The notes under the pieces: generated by a model
What the model saw: only the letters and a program-made list of their open reading frames with translations
The model's database searches: none
What the model was told of the DNA's origin: nothing
In this document: in pieces, positions 49,301 to 57,621 of the stretch
Layout of the letters: every line of letters starts with the position of its first letter
How positions within the stretch are numbered: the stretch's first letter is position 1
Assembly: GCA_905478225.1 (NCBI GenBank)
Contig: CAJQHR010000023.1
Span: 2,948-66,947 of the forward strand
Direction: 5' to 3'
DNA from: an uncultured Crocinitomix sp.
GTDB lineage: Bacteria > Bacteroidota > Bacteroidia > Flavobacteriales_D > Crocinitomicaceae
Length of the DNA: 64,000 bases
Program-made: the position numbers and the translations under genes

Positions 49301-49907
49301 TATAGATGTAGAAACTGTAGATGGTTGTGAAACTTCAGCAACTTTCACGGATTATATCTGTGTATGGCAATTACCAGTAGCTGCGTTTAGTTATAATCCA
49401 ACCGAACCAGACTTGTATAATACCACCGTGTTTTTTGAAAATGAATCTGAATTTGCAACTTCATTCGAGTGGACATTTGGTGATGGAGGTGCATCAACTG
49501 ACGTTCATCCAAATCATACCTATCCTTCTGTAGGTAATGTTACTTATGAAGTTGAATTGGTAGCAAATACTGATGAAGGTTGCAGCGACACAACATATCA
49601 ATTAGTAACAATTGACGAAATCGTTTTGTATTTTATTCCAAATGCCATTACCGCAAATTCAGATCCTTTTAATCAAACTTTCAATCCTGTATTTATTCCA
49701 GGTTTTTATCCGCTGGATTACCACATCAGAATTCTAAATCGTTGGGGTGAAGTTATGTGGGAATCGTACGATATTACTGAAGGATGGGATGGAACGTATG
49801 ACGGTAGTTTTGTTCAAGACGGTGTCTATATATGGCAACTTTCATTCAGAGAAAACAAAAGTGATAAAAAATATGATGATTATGGTCATATAGTTGTGAC
49901 ACAATAA
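46338..49907 (+). CDS. T9SS type-B cargo adhesin: L-type lectin-like domain, PKD, about six SprB-type repeats, Ig/PKD modules, type-B CTD
   Basis: 1189 aa with a signal peptide. Lectin hallmarks are ADGMVFAL, IGVEIDTWN, SDHVGMSSNG and FGWTGGTGG. The SprB-repeat pattern C-x-G-x-x-DG-x-I...GG-x-P-x-Y-x-YS-x-DGG occurs 5-6 times. The CTD is IPNAITANSDPFNQTF...ILNRWGEVMWES...GVYIWQLSF. Confidence 0.85.
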   Translation: MRALLILILSSIVSITGNSQMILSGVATGSCDCYELTDFTNQTGSVWSPGTIDLTNSFDMSFEVNLGVDDVWGADGMVFALRQSGTSPGGIGNGMGYSGITNSIGVEIDTWNSSPAVPSDVVSDHVGMSSNGAVDHGLVAPQTIANIEDGLYHTFRATWDPVALDFEVFLDGTSIFVYTGDLVALYFGGVPDVYFGWTGGTGGVDNVQSVCMYRDADFSSDVITACVGQTVTFTDESTSDLIYNSEEAVTWDWDFGDGGTSVLQNPTHDFTVVGTYTVTLTITDISGCSSTETFDIDITAGLDLTMTHTDVTCFGDDDGTGTAIPTTGVGPYVFLWDDPLTQATETAVDLAPNTYDVIVTDDLGCVGTGTVTILEPLELVLDSSTPTNASCGLANGTITVLASGGSPALEYSVDGGVTYQPTGDFIGLTNGTYDVVVRDANGCTVTTTTIVDLDSPLVIDDVVVTDDSCLPGNDGTITVSASAGVAPFQFSLDGGVTYQPSNFFDLLAPGPYTVTVMDDVGCTITEDVVVGALPTIIVDLITVVDATCNGGSDGSIDIDVSGGSPAYQYSIDGGASFLPTDLFTGLTAGVYDIEVTDATGCVVVDAAIVGEPTTISIDAVLSTDVSCTGLSDGEFELVVSGGTPGYLYSNDGGASFQVSPVFTGMAAGPYDLIIEDANGCTVAGVTDVVEPTPLVIDDVLVTDVTCNGLMDGEVTIVASGGTVVYEYSVDGGLYQISPTFTGIGGGAITVGVIDGNGCTTTADAFLDEADPIVLTMGPDTIICLGGAATLCPTVTGGTAPYTYTWDGAADVECLVTSTIGVHTLEIEDINGCTTDILEQTVNQYIPLAVFGSASVSVCPGDAVVIAGEASGEGPDGYTYEWTNDLDGTVLSGPVQTVTPGSTTTYTLTVSSGCENTATTTVTITTYDIPDIAIVADKYEGCEDLKENFESLTDVFLVESMIWDLGDGSIAAGEEVTHTYTYADCFDINIDVETVDGCETSATFTDYICVWQLPVAAFSYNPTEPDLYNTTVFFENESEFATSFEWTFGDGGASTDVHPNHTYPSVGNVTYEVELVANTDEGCSDTTYQLVTIDEIVLYFIPNAITANSDPFNQTFNPVFIPGFYPLDYHIRILNRWGEVMWESYDITEGWDGTYDGSFVQDGVYIWQLSFRENKSDKKYDDYGHIVVTQ

Positions 49908-49985
49908 CCGCTTATTAATTCGTTCCATTCATACATTTTTCAGCTCCTAAGCCGTTTAAATTTAGGATAATATCAAATTAAATTT

Positions 49986-49993
49986 TAAATTTG
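49986..49993 (+). promoter_or_regulatory. -7 promoter box (TAAATTTG)
   Basis: Matches TAnnTTTG, 20 nt upstream of the ATG at 50013. Confidence 0.35.
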
Positions 49994-50012
49994 AGTCGTC
50001 AACCTAACTATA

Positions 50013-52619
50013 ATGAGACAAACGCTAGTTCTAATCGCCTTTTTGATTTGTTCAAATTCATTTGGGCAAATGGTGCTTAGCGGCACTGCCACTGGAGGAT
50101 GCGATTGTTATACTTTGACGACAACAACTAGTCAAGCGGGTAGTGTTTGGAGTCCAGATTTCATTGATTTAACGAAGACTTTCGACTTTACTTTTCAAAT
50201 TAATTTAGGGTTTTCAGACGGAGGCGCAGATGGAATGGCATTTGTACTTCGATCAACTGGAACAACTACAGGCATAGGTGGGGGTCTTTTAGGTTATGGC
50301 GGCATCACAAATTCAATAGCAATTGAAGTCGATACATGGAATAATGGTGGGGTATATGAAATTGCTTCAGATCACCTTGCCATGAATTCAAATGGTGTAC
50401 TCACTCATAATATAGAGCCTGCTTATGCCATTGCTAATATTGAAGATGGCAGCGCACATGATTTTCGTGTAACTTGGGATCCATTAACATTACAAATGAG
50501 AACATTTTTGGATGGCACCTTAATTTTTAACCATGTAGAAGATTTAGTAGCCACCATTTTTGGAGGAAATCCAAACGTTCGTTTTGGTTGGTCAGGCGGA
50601 ACAGGGGGCGCATCTAATATTCAAACAGTTTGTATTCCGCTAGAGTCTGAAATTGGTGTAGATGATTTGAATGCATGTCCAGGGCAAGAACTCTTTTTTA
50701 CTGATGATTCTGAATGCGGATTAATCTATGATGGAGTAGGCGTTACAAACTGGGCTTGGACATTTGAAGGAGGAGGAGTTTCAGATTTGGAAAACCCAAC
50801 ACATTCCTGGGCAACAATTGGCATAAAAACAGCAACGCTTACCGTGACCAACTTGATAGGTTGTACAGATGTAGGAACCATAGATATTATTGTCGATAGT
50901 ATTGATGCTGATATTGAAGGAACGGATATTCCTTGTTTTGGTTTTGATAATGGCACCGCAACCATAACGCCGTTAACTGGAGATGCTCCTTACACCTTCT
51001 TATGGGACGACCCATTGGCTCAAACTACTGCCACAGCCATTGATTTGCCTCCTGGCACATACACTGTTTTAGTGACAGATGATGTGGGTTGTCAAATTTG
51101 GCGAACAGTTACAATTACTGAACCTGATGAACTCCTAATTGATGAGTTAATAATTGTAGACGCGACTTGCGGATTAGATAACGGAGTTTTAACCTTGACC
51201 GCTATGGGCGGAACTTTACCCCATGAGTATAGTATTGATGGAGGTGTAACTTTTGAAATTGGGGCAACTTTTATTGGGTTACCAAGTGGTGATATTAATT
51301 ATGAAATTAGGGACGGTAATGGATGTCTTTTGACTGGTATTGCTACCATTGGTGCAAACGATTTGGATGTTACAGTAACAAAGGTTGATGTGACCTGTTT
51401 TGGTTTTGATAATGGAACAGCAACTGCCACGCCAGCATTTGGAGTAGGGCCTTGCAGTTATTTATGGGATGATCCTTTAGCACAAACAACTGCTACAGCT
51501 ACTGGCCTTGCGCCGGGTACCTATACAGTAACGGTAACTCATGACGCTGTTGGCTGCTCTGGCACCGCAACAATTACAATTACTGAACCAACTGAGTTAA
51601 TCATAAGCTCTATTGCGTCAATTGATGCCAGCTGTGGAATCAACAACGGCCAGATAACAATTGAAGGAGCTGGGGGGACACTTCCTTACGAATATAGCAT
51701 TGATGGAGGTGGAATTTTTACACCGATTCCAACCTTTACTGGTTTGGCGCCGGGTGCTTATAATATCGTCATTCGAGATGCGCAAGGTTGCACTGTTACT
51801 GATAATGTGGTACTTGTGAATGTGTCTAACGTTCCAGAGGTTATTTTAAGTACCGATTATACAGAAGGTTGCCGTCCATTAGCAGTAAACCTTGTCAATA
51901 TTTCAGACCCTGTTTTAACTGATGTTACTCTTTGGGATTTGGGAGACGGGACAACCTTTGAAGGAGGATCGCTCAGTCATACGTATGAAAATGCTGGTTG
52001 TTATGATATTCATGTTGTCATCACAACGTATGATGGCTGCACAACAGAAGCTACTTTAAATGACTTTATATGTGTTTGGGAATTACCAATCGCTGAATTT
52101 GATTTCAGCCCAGAACAACCTGATGTAGTTGATAATGATGTTCAATTTGAAAACCTCTCTGAATTTGCATCAACCTATGAATGGGGTTTAGGGGATGGTA
52201 CAGTCGATTTTACCTTCGAGCCTAGTCATGCTTATCCAGAAATAGGAAACGGATTATATCTTGTACAACTCATTGCCATCAGCGATAAAGGATGCCGAGA
52301 TAGTGCTTATCAATACGTGTTAATTGATGAGGTTGTGCAGTATTTTATTCCGAATACATTTACGCCAGATGGTGACGCATTTAATCAAACCTTTCAACCT
52401 GTTTTTTCTTCCATTTTTATTCCACAAGATTTTCATTTTGTCATTTATAATCGCTGGGGAGAAATGGTTTGGGAATCTTATGACTATACAGCCGGTTGGG
52501 ATGGAACATATGGTGATGTATTAGTCCAAGATGGGGTCTATATCTGGCAATTAACTTTCAAAGAGAACGGCTCAGATAAGAAATATGACGAATTTGGTCA
52601 TATCAGCGTCCTTCGATAA
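50013..52619 (+). CDS. T9SS type-B cargo adhesin, shorter paralog of 46338..49907 (L-type lectin-like domain, PKD, SprB repeats, type-B CTD)
   Basis: 868 aa. Lectin hallmarks are ADGMAFVL, IAIEVDTWN, SDHLAMNSNG and FGWSGGTGG. The CTD is IPNTFTPDGDAFNQTF...IYNRWGEMVWES...GVYIWQLTF. Confidence 0.85.
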   Translation: MRQTLVLIAFLICSNSFGQMVLSGTATGGCDCYTLTTTTSQAGSVWSPDFIDLTKTFDFTFQINLGFSDGGADGMAFVLRSTGTTTGIGGGLLGYGGITNSIAIEVDTWNNGGVYEIASDHLAMNSNGVLTHNIEPAYAIANIEDGSAHDFRVTWDPLTLQMRTFLDGTLIFNHVEDLVATIFGGNPNVRFGWSGGTGGASNIQTVCIPLESEIGVDDLNACPGQELFFTDDSECGLIYDGVGVTNWAWTFEGGGVSDLENPTHSWATIGIKTATLTVTNLIGCTDVGTIDIIVDSIDADIEGTDIPCFGFDNGTATITPLTGDAPYTFLWDDPLAQTTATAIDLPPGTYTVLVTDDVGCQIWRTVTITEPDELLIDELIIVDATCGLDNGVLTLTAMGGTLPHEYSIDGGVTFEIGATFIGLPSGDINYEIRDGNGCLLTGIATIGANDLDVTVTKVDVTCFGFDNGTATATPAFGVGPCSYLWDDPLAQTTATATGLAPGTYTVTVTHDAVGCSGTATITITEPTELIISSIASIDASCGINNGQITIEGAGGTLPYEYSIDGGGIFTPIPTFTGLAPGAYNIVIRDAQGCTVTDNVVLVNVSNVPEVILSTDYTEGCRPLAVNLVNISDPVLTDVTLWDLGDGTTFEGGSLSHTYENAGCYDIHVVITTYDGCTTEATLNDFICVWELPIAEFDFSPEQPDVVDNDVQFENLSEFASTYEWGLGDGTVDFTFEPSHAYPEIGNGLYLVQLIAISDKGCRDSAYQYVLIDEVVQYFIPNTFTPDGDAFNQTFQPVFSSIFIPQDFHFVIYNRWGEMVWESYDYTAGWDGTYGDVLVQDGVYIWQLTFKENGSDKKYDEFGHISVLR

Positions 52620-52650
52620 TCTAAATTTCACTTAAAAACTGTAAATTTAT

Positions 52651-54873
52651 GTGCTTATGTACATAGAATTCAGGAAAATTATCACTTTGCTCCTTATTGT
52701 GTTATCCAATTTTACTTTTGCCCAATTGACAGGGTTTAATAATGATTGGGTTTCTCTTGGTCCAAATGAATATCCTACAAATCCAAAATTTAGAATAGAT
52801 GCCGGAGTGGGACCAATTGAATTTATTCGCGTATTTCAAAAAAAGGAAGGATTTTTATTGGCGGGTTCGTTACATGGAGGGCTGTTCTTTTCAGAAAATG
52901 GAGGTGATTCTTGGATGAATTCTGGATCGGATGCTTGGACATATACAGGTTGTGCTTGGGCTGATTTTTATCCGAATGACGAAAATGTTTGGTTTGCATG
53001 TTCGAATGAAAAAGGGGACAATGGAAAACCAGGCAAAATTAAAGAGTTTGGTGGAGTGCTTCGATCTAAAAATAGAGGAGAGGATTGGGAATCAATTGGC
53101 GATTATAAACATTTTGCAGGTTTTCAGAACCTAAAAATATATGGCACTCGTTTTCATCCAAACGATCCCAATTTATTATTGGTTATGACCTCAGAAGGAT
53201 TGTATTATTCTGAAGAATGTATGGCTGATTATGTGAAATGGGCGCGTGTTCCAAACCTCAAAGGGTGGGTGTATGATTTAGATTTTTTAAATGGTAAAAT
53301 GTATCTCACAAACTTCTTTAAAGGAAACTGGAATATCCTTGTTTTTGACCAGGATGATTTTTCAAAACATGCTAAAATGAATGCACTTTCTGAAGAGACG
53401 CTTACCATGCGAAACTTAACTATTGAGCCGCAACATGATCATCTTTTAGTGGCAAAAGATTTTGTAGAAGGCAAAGATGAGTTATGCATTCTTGATTTGA
53501 AAAAAGACAGCATCAGTTTGTTTAAGAGTAATCAACGGATAGGTTTTGGCAGTGGTCATACATTTGCGGTTTCTCCCCATAGTCCCGGCGACTTTTATTT
53601 CGGATATTCAACAAGGGTTAGAAAATGGACTCCTCCTTATCATAAAATGGCATCTATAGGATCAGGTTATCATGTAGATGTTGAGTTTATTGCATACGAC
53701 CCCTTCAATTCAAAAAAAATATATTTTGCAACGCATGGAGGTGTTTTTATTTCGCTAAATGGCGGAGAAGATTGGGAGAACAAAAGCGATAATTTGGGCG
53801 TTTCAGAAGTAATGGGCTTGGCGGTGTCTGCTCAAGATTCCAAACAAATTGCAATAGGATGTTACCATGATGGTAGTATGGTTCATGCCGATTTTAATAA
53901 AGATGGAAAGTATTATTGGAGAACCGTAAATGGAGGTGATGGATTAATTCCACTTATCGATCCAACAAATCAGGCAATCGTTTATACTTCCAATCAATAT
54001 ATAGGCGGTGGACTCTTCTATTCAAGTGATACTTCCAAAAAAGAAACACGTAATATTCATAGCTTAAATAATTTGAAAACCGCTGGGTGGGAAAATGCCG
54101 CAGTTCTTGACCCTTTTAAGTCTACCACGGTTTATTTTAACTACTTAGAAAAAGCCGGTATCAATAAAGGAAATATTAATGTCTGCCGAACAAAAAATGC
54201 TTTAGAACGCAAAAGTGTTGAGATTTTATCGGATTTTAATCTGAGTCATAAATTGAAATCGTATAAAGTATATGGCCTCTTTAATTCTCGGTATCACCCC
54301 AATGTTTTAATTGCTTATGTTTTGGATTATACAAAGGATGCAAAAGGGAATAAAAAAACAAATCACCGCCTTTTTAGAACTGACAAATTGAACAGTACCG
54401 CAGAGAAAATCAGATCCTCTTGGTATGAAATTAAACATCCGAATAATAGTTGGATTGGTGATGTGGCCATAGATGGCAATAATGCGAATCAACTTTACTT
54501 GGCGTACACGCATGGAAAACAAAATCCAGAGTCCATTTTTGGTGATAAAGGCCTCGTATACGCACTGCGTTATTCCGATAAAAGAAGACATGCACTGAAA
54601 CGCGAAATCGACATCACTAAAAATATTCCCAACGCGACAGGAGGAAGGTATAATTTGTTGTATAACAAGGCACGTGGTGGAATTTTATTGGTAGCAACAA
54701 CCACAGGTGTTTATTATGGAGATGGAAGGTTGCTGAAAGGCAAATCGAGATGGAATGAATTAGGTAAAGGCTTGCCTCACTGCAAAGTTTACGGACTTGA
54801 TTATAATGAAAAAGATCAGGTGGTGACTGTCGGTTTATTCGGTCGAGGAGTTTGGCAGTATCAATTGAAATAG
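52651..54873 (+). CDS. BNR/Asp-box repeat beta-propeller protein (sortilin/VPS10- or GH74-like fold), secreted
   Basis: 740 aa (GTG at 52651 or ATG at 52657) with signal peptide ...ITLLLIVLSNFTFAQ. Asp-box-like motifs are SENGGDSWMNSG, SKNRGEDWESIG and SLNGGEDWENKS. It starts only 31 nt after the lectin paralog. Confidence 0.7.
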   Translation: MLMYIEFRKIITLLLIVLSNFTFAQLTGFNNDWVSLGPNEYPTNPKFRIDAGVGPIEFIRVFQKKEGFLLAGSLHGGLFFSENGGDSWMNSGSDAWTYTGCAWADFYPNDENVWFACSNEKGDNGKPGKIKEFGGVLRSKNRGEDWESIGDYKHFAGFQNLKIYGTRFHPNDPNLLLVMTSEGLYYSEECMADYVKWARVPNLKGWVYDLDFLNGKMYLTNFFKGNWNILVFDQDDFSKHAKMNALSEETLTMRNLTIEPQHDHLLVAKDFVEGKDELCILDLKKDSISLFKSNQRIGFGSGHTFAVSPHSPGDFYFGYSTRVRKWTPPYHKMASIGSGYHVDVEFIAYDPFNSKKIYFATHGGVFISLNGGEDWENKSDNLGVSEVMGLAVSAQDSKQIAIGCYHDGSMVHADFNKDGKYYWRTVNGGDGLIPLIDPTNQAIVYTSNQYIGGGLFYSSDTSKKETRNIHSLNNLKTAGWENAAVLDPFKSTTVYFNYLEKAGINKGNINVCRTKNALERKSVEILSDFNLSHKLKSYKVYGLFNSRYHPNVLIAYVLDYTKDAKGNKKTNHRLFRTDKLNSTAEKIRSSWYEIKHPNNSWIGDVAIDGNNANQLYLAYTHGKQNPESIFGDKGLVYALRYSDKRRHALKREIDITKNIPNATGGRYNLLYNKARGGILLVATTTGVYYGDGRLLKGKSRWNELGKGLPHCKVYGLDYNEKDQVVTVGLFGRGVWQYQLK

Positions 54874-55074
54874 TCGTGAGTAGCTAGTCGATAGGAATTA
54901 GCTGTGTTGCAAATTGCAAATTCCAAATTCCAAGCACCAAATTCTTTACATAAATACTACAGACTCAAGATTCAATACTAGACTCTCAAAAGTCATTACT
55001 GAAAACCGCCTTGTTACTTTTTGCGCTCATTGTATTTATAGATTAGAATAGTTATCATTGTAAAAATTTAAATT

Positions 55075-55638
55075 ATGTCAGCAATCGAGTTAATATTTCA
55101 CTTCGCTTTATATATCGTTCCATCTATTGTTTTCTTTGGTGCAGTCTATTATGTCACCAATAAATGGGTTGGGGTTCAACGCGAAAAAACCAAATTAGCA
55201 TTTGTTGAAAAAAAAGAAACTAAAAAGGCTCCTGCAGACTTAAAAAAACATTTTTTTCCTTTACAAGTGGAAGCATATCAAAGAATGGTATTATTTCTTG
55301 AGCGAATTGCACCAAATAATATGATTATGCGATTGAATAATCCCGGATTACCAGCTATGGCATTTCAACAAAAATTGATTGATAGCGTTCGTCAAGAATA
55401 TGAACATAATTTAGCGCAACAAATATTTATTTCACTTGAAGCCTGGGAACGAGTTCAATCAAGCAAAGATGAAATTCTTAAAATAATTAATATGGCAGGG
55501 TCCAAAATGCCCGCTACTGCCTTGGCAAATGATTTAAGCAAAGGTGTTTTTGAAATAACAACCCAACTGCAATCTCAGCCTACCGATCAAGCCATACATT
55601 TCCTTAAAATTGAATTGAATAACTTGATTGGTGATTAA
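55075..55638 (+). CDS. Hypothetical membrane-anchored protein
   Basis: 187 aa with an N-terminal TM (LIFHFALYIVPSIVFFGAVYYV) and a helical remainder. No recognisable family. Confidence 0.55.
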   Translation: MSAIELIFHFALYIVPSIVFFGAVYYVTNKWVGVQREKTKLAFVEKKETKKAPADLKKHFFPLQVEAYQRMVLFLERIAPNNMIMRLNNPGLPAMAFQQKLIDSVRQEYEHNLAQQIFISLEAWERVQSSKDEILKIINMAGSKMPATALANDLSKGVFEITTQLQSQPTDQAIHFLKIELNNLIGD

Positions 55639-55833
55639 TTCTATTTTCCGTTTGTCGAAAAAATACTAAGTATGCATAGGGAATTCTGTTTTTATGTAAA
55701 GAACGCCTAAACCGTTTGATTCTTACGGATTGTGGCTAATCTGTGAATTATTTAACTATCTATTCGTCGAAATGATTATTAGTTAACAGAAATAAAGTTG
55801 TAAGTTAGAAGTAATCAACTAATACCCCGACCA

Positions 55834-56184
55834 ATGAAGTACCTAACCACAACCAATGTTTTCTTGGCTCTAATATTTGCCTCGTCGAATAGTTTTGCAC
55901 AAGAAATTGAATTCGGAACAGCGACAGTAACTGAAGATTACTGCGTTAGTTTAGACACCGAATCGCCAATTTCAGAACATTACTCAATTGACATCAGTCA
56001 TTTGCATTTAATGACAGCGTTAGAAGCAGTCAATAAATTCGGTTTCATTTCCAATAACCTATTAACATATTCAGTGGACTATGAGGCTGAAACAGCCTAT
56101 CTCCATGTCCATCTAGATCGTACACCAACACACCAAGATATTATCTGGTGGAACGATTACGTCGAAAGCCTTTGCGGGCTGTAA
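55834..56184 (+). CDS. Hypothetical small secreted protein
   Basis: 116 aa with signal peptide MKYLTTTNVFLALIFASSNSFAQ. No recognisable family. Confidence 0.5.
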   Translation: MKYLTTTNVFLALIFASSNSFAQEIEFGTATVTEDYCVSLDTESPISEHYSIDISHLHLMTALEAVNKFGFISNNLLTYSVDYEAETAYLHVHLDRTPTHQDIIWWNDYVESLCGL

Positions 56185-56241
56185 ATTAAATTTTTAATAT
56201 AGAATGAAGGGAGAACCCACTCTTTATCCTACACAGTCTAT

Positions 56242-56250
56242 AGAACAAAT
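56242..56250. repeat. Left copy of the 9-bp target-site duplication (AGAACAAAT)
   Basis: Identical 9-mer directly abutting both ends of the IS element. Confidence 0.8.
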
Positions 56251-57586
56251 CAATAGCGTCCTAAACGTTTAAAAAATAAGAGGGAATATTTCGTATCTCA
56301 AATTATCTTTGAGTTGCATCACAAAAAAACTCCCTCTCATGGCAAATATAACGTTGTTTTCTCAGATTATATTAAAATTAGACCGCTCGAAATTCAGGAA
56401 ATTGGTCGATAAAAAGCAAACAGACAAGCATAATAAAGGTTACACAAGCTGGACGCATCTTGTTTCTATGCTGTTTTGTCAGTTTGCAAAGAGTCAATCG
56501 GTTCCGGATATTAGCAATGGATTGCGTACCGCTACCGGGAATCTAAATCACTTGGGTATTGATAAAGCTCCTTCAAAATCAACCATCAGTTATCAAAACA
56601 AAAATCGCAATTGGGAGATTTTTAGAGATTACTATTATCAACTGCTCCAAAGTTTAGGACAGCATCCAACGTTTAAGCAAACCAAGTTCCGAATTAAGTC
56701 TAAAATATTCCTTTTGGATGCTACGACAATCAGCTTATGCCTAAGTTTGTTCGATTGGGCAAAATACAAGACAGCGAAAGGAGCGGTAAAAATGCACACA
56801 CTCCTTGATTTTGATGGAAATCTCCCCGCTTATGTGAACATAACAAATGGCAAAACAGCTGATAATAAAGGAGCTTATGAAATCCCATTATTAAAAGGAA
56901 GCGTGATTGTTGCAGATCGATTTTACAATGATTTTTCACTCCTAAACGTTTGGGACAGCAAGTGTGTTTTTTTCGTTATTCGCTACAAAGAGAACCTTCA
57001 GTTTGTTTCTATAAAAGAGAATGAACTTCCCGAGAATCGACACCAGCATGTACTTAAAGATGAAATTATTGAGTTAAAAAATCAAGATTCAAAAGCAAAA
57101 TATCCAAAAACGTTAAGAAGAGTTTCTGTGTGGGATGAAGAAAACGGACAAGTAATAGAACTCATTTCTAATCAATTCAGTTGGTCGCCAAATACCATTG
57201 GAGAACTATACAAAAGCAGATGGCAAGTAGAGATTTTCTTTCGTGATGTAAAACAACTACTCCATATAAAGTCGTTCATTGGAACAAGTGAGAATGCTGT
57301 AATGATACAAATATGGACGGCTTTGATTACTATTCTAATACTCAAAGCTTTGAAAGCACAATCGAAATATGCATGGTATCTTTCGAACTTAGTGGCATTC
57401 ATCAGGTTGAACCTGTTCACAAAAATTGAACTACAAGAATGGCTAGATTATCCCTTCCATTACAAAGGAAAATCACCGCCAAAATTTATACAGGGGTTTC
57501 TATTTTGAAAAAGTGAGGGTTTTCTCTGGAAAACTCAATAAAATAAATAAATTTGATTGTCTTAAAATTTATTTAGGACGCTGTTA
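56251..57586 (+). mobile_element. IS4-family insertion sequence (1336 bp), apparently intact
   Basis: Terminal inverted repeats are CAATAGCGTCCTAAA (56251-56265) and the reverse complement of TTTAGGACGCTGTTA (57572-57586), matching at 13 of 15 positions. It has one transposase ORF, is flanked by a perfect 9-bp direct repeat, and is a typical size for IS4. Confidence 0.85.
56339..57508 (+). CDS. IS4-family DDE transposase (with an N-terminal DUF4372-like region)
   Basis: The ATG at 56339 gives MANITLFSQIILKLDRSKFRK... DDE candidates are LLDATTISL and VIVADRFYNDF. The IS4 hallmark Y-x2-R-x3-E-x6-K is exact in YKSRWQVEIFFRDVK. A TATCTTTG -7 box lies at 56304-56311. Confidence 0.9.
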   Translation: MANITLFSQIILKLDRSKFRKLVDKKQTDKHNKGYTSWTHLVSMLFCQFAKSQSVPDISNGLRTATGNLNHLGIDKAPSKSTISYQNKNRNWEIFRDYYYQLLQSLGQHPTFKQTKFRIKSKIFLLDATTISLCLSLFDWAKYKTAKGAVKMHTLLDFDGNLPAYVNITNGKTADNKGAYEIPLLKGSVIVADRFYNDFSLLNVWDSKCVFFVIRYKENLQFVSIKENELPENRHQHVLKDEIIELKNQDSKAKYPKTLRRVSVWDEENGQVIELISNQFSWSPNTIGELYKSRWQVEIFFRDVKQLLHIKSFIGTSENAVMIQIWTALITILILKALKAQSKYAWYLSNLVAFIRLNLFTKIELQEWLDYPFHYKGKSPPKFIQGFLF

Positions 57587-57595
57587 AGAACAAAT
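57587..57595. repeat. Right copy of the 9-bp target-site duplication (AGAACAAAT)
   Basis: Identical to 56242..56250. Confidence 0.8.
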
Positions 57596-57621
57596 ATATT
57601 ATTACCTATCAACCAACGCCT

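Noticed and set aside
54909-54943. Heptamer-like repeats GCAAATT GCAAATT CCAAATT CCAAGCACCAAATT in the 201-nt spacer after the BNR gene.
   Set aside because: The tract is short, degenerate and low-complexity, with no flanking structure, no second copy in the window and no obvious function. It could be slippage debris. It is worth noting only if it recurs genome-wide.
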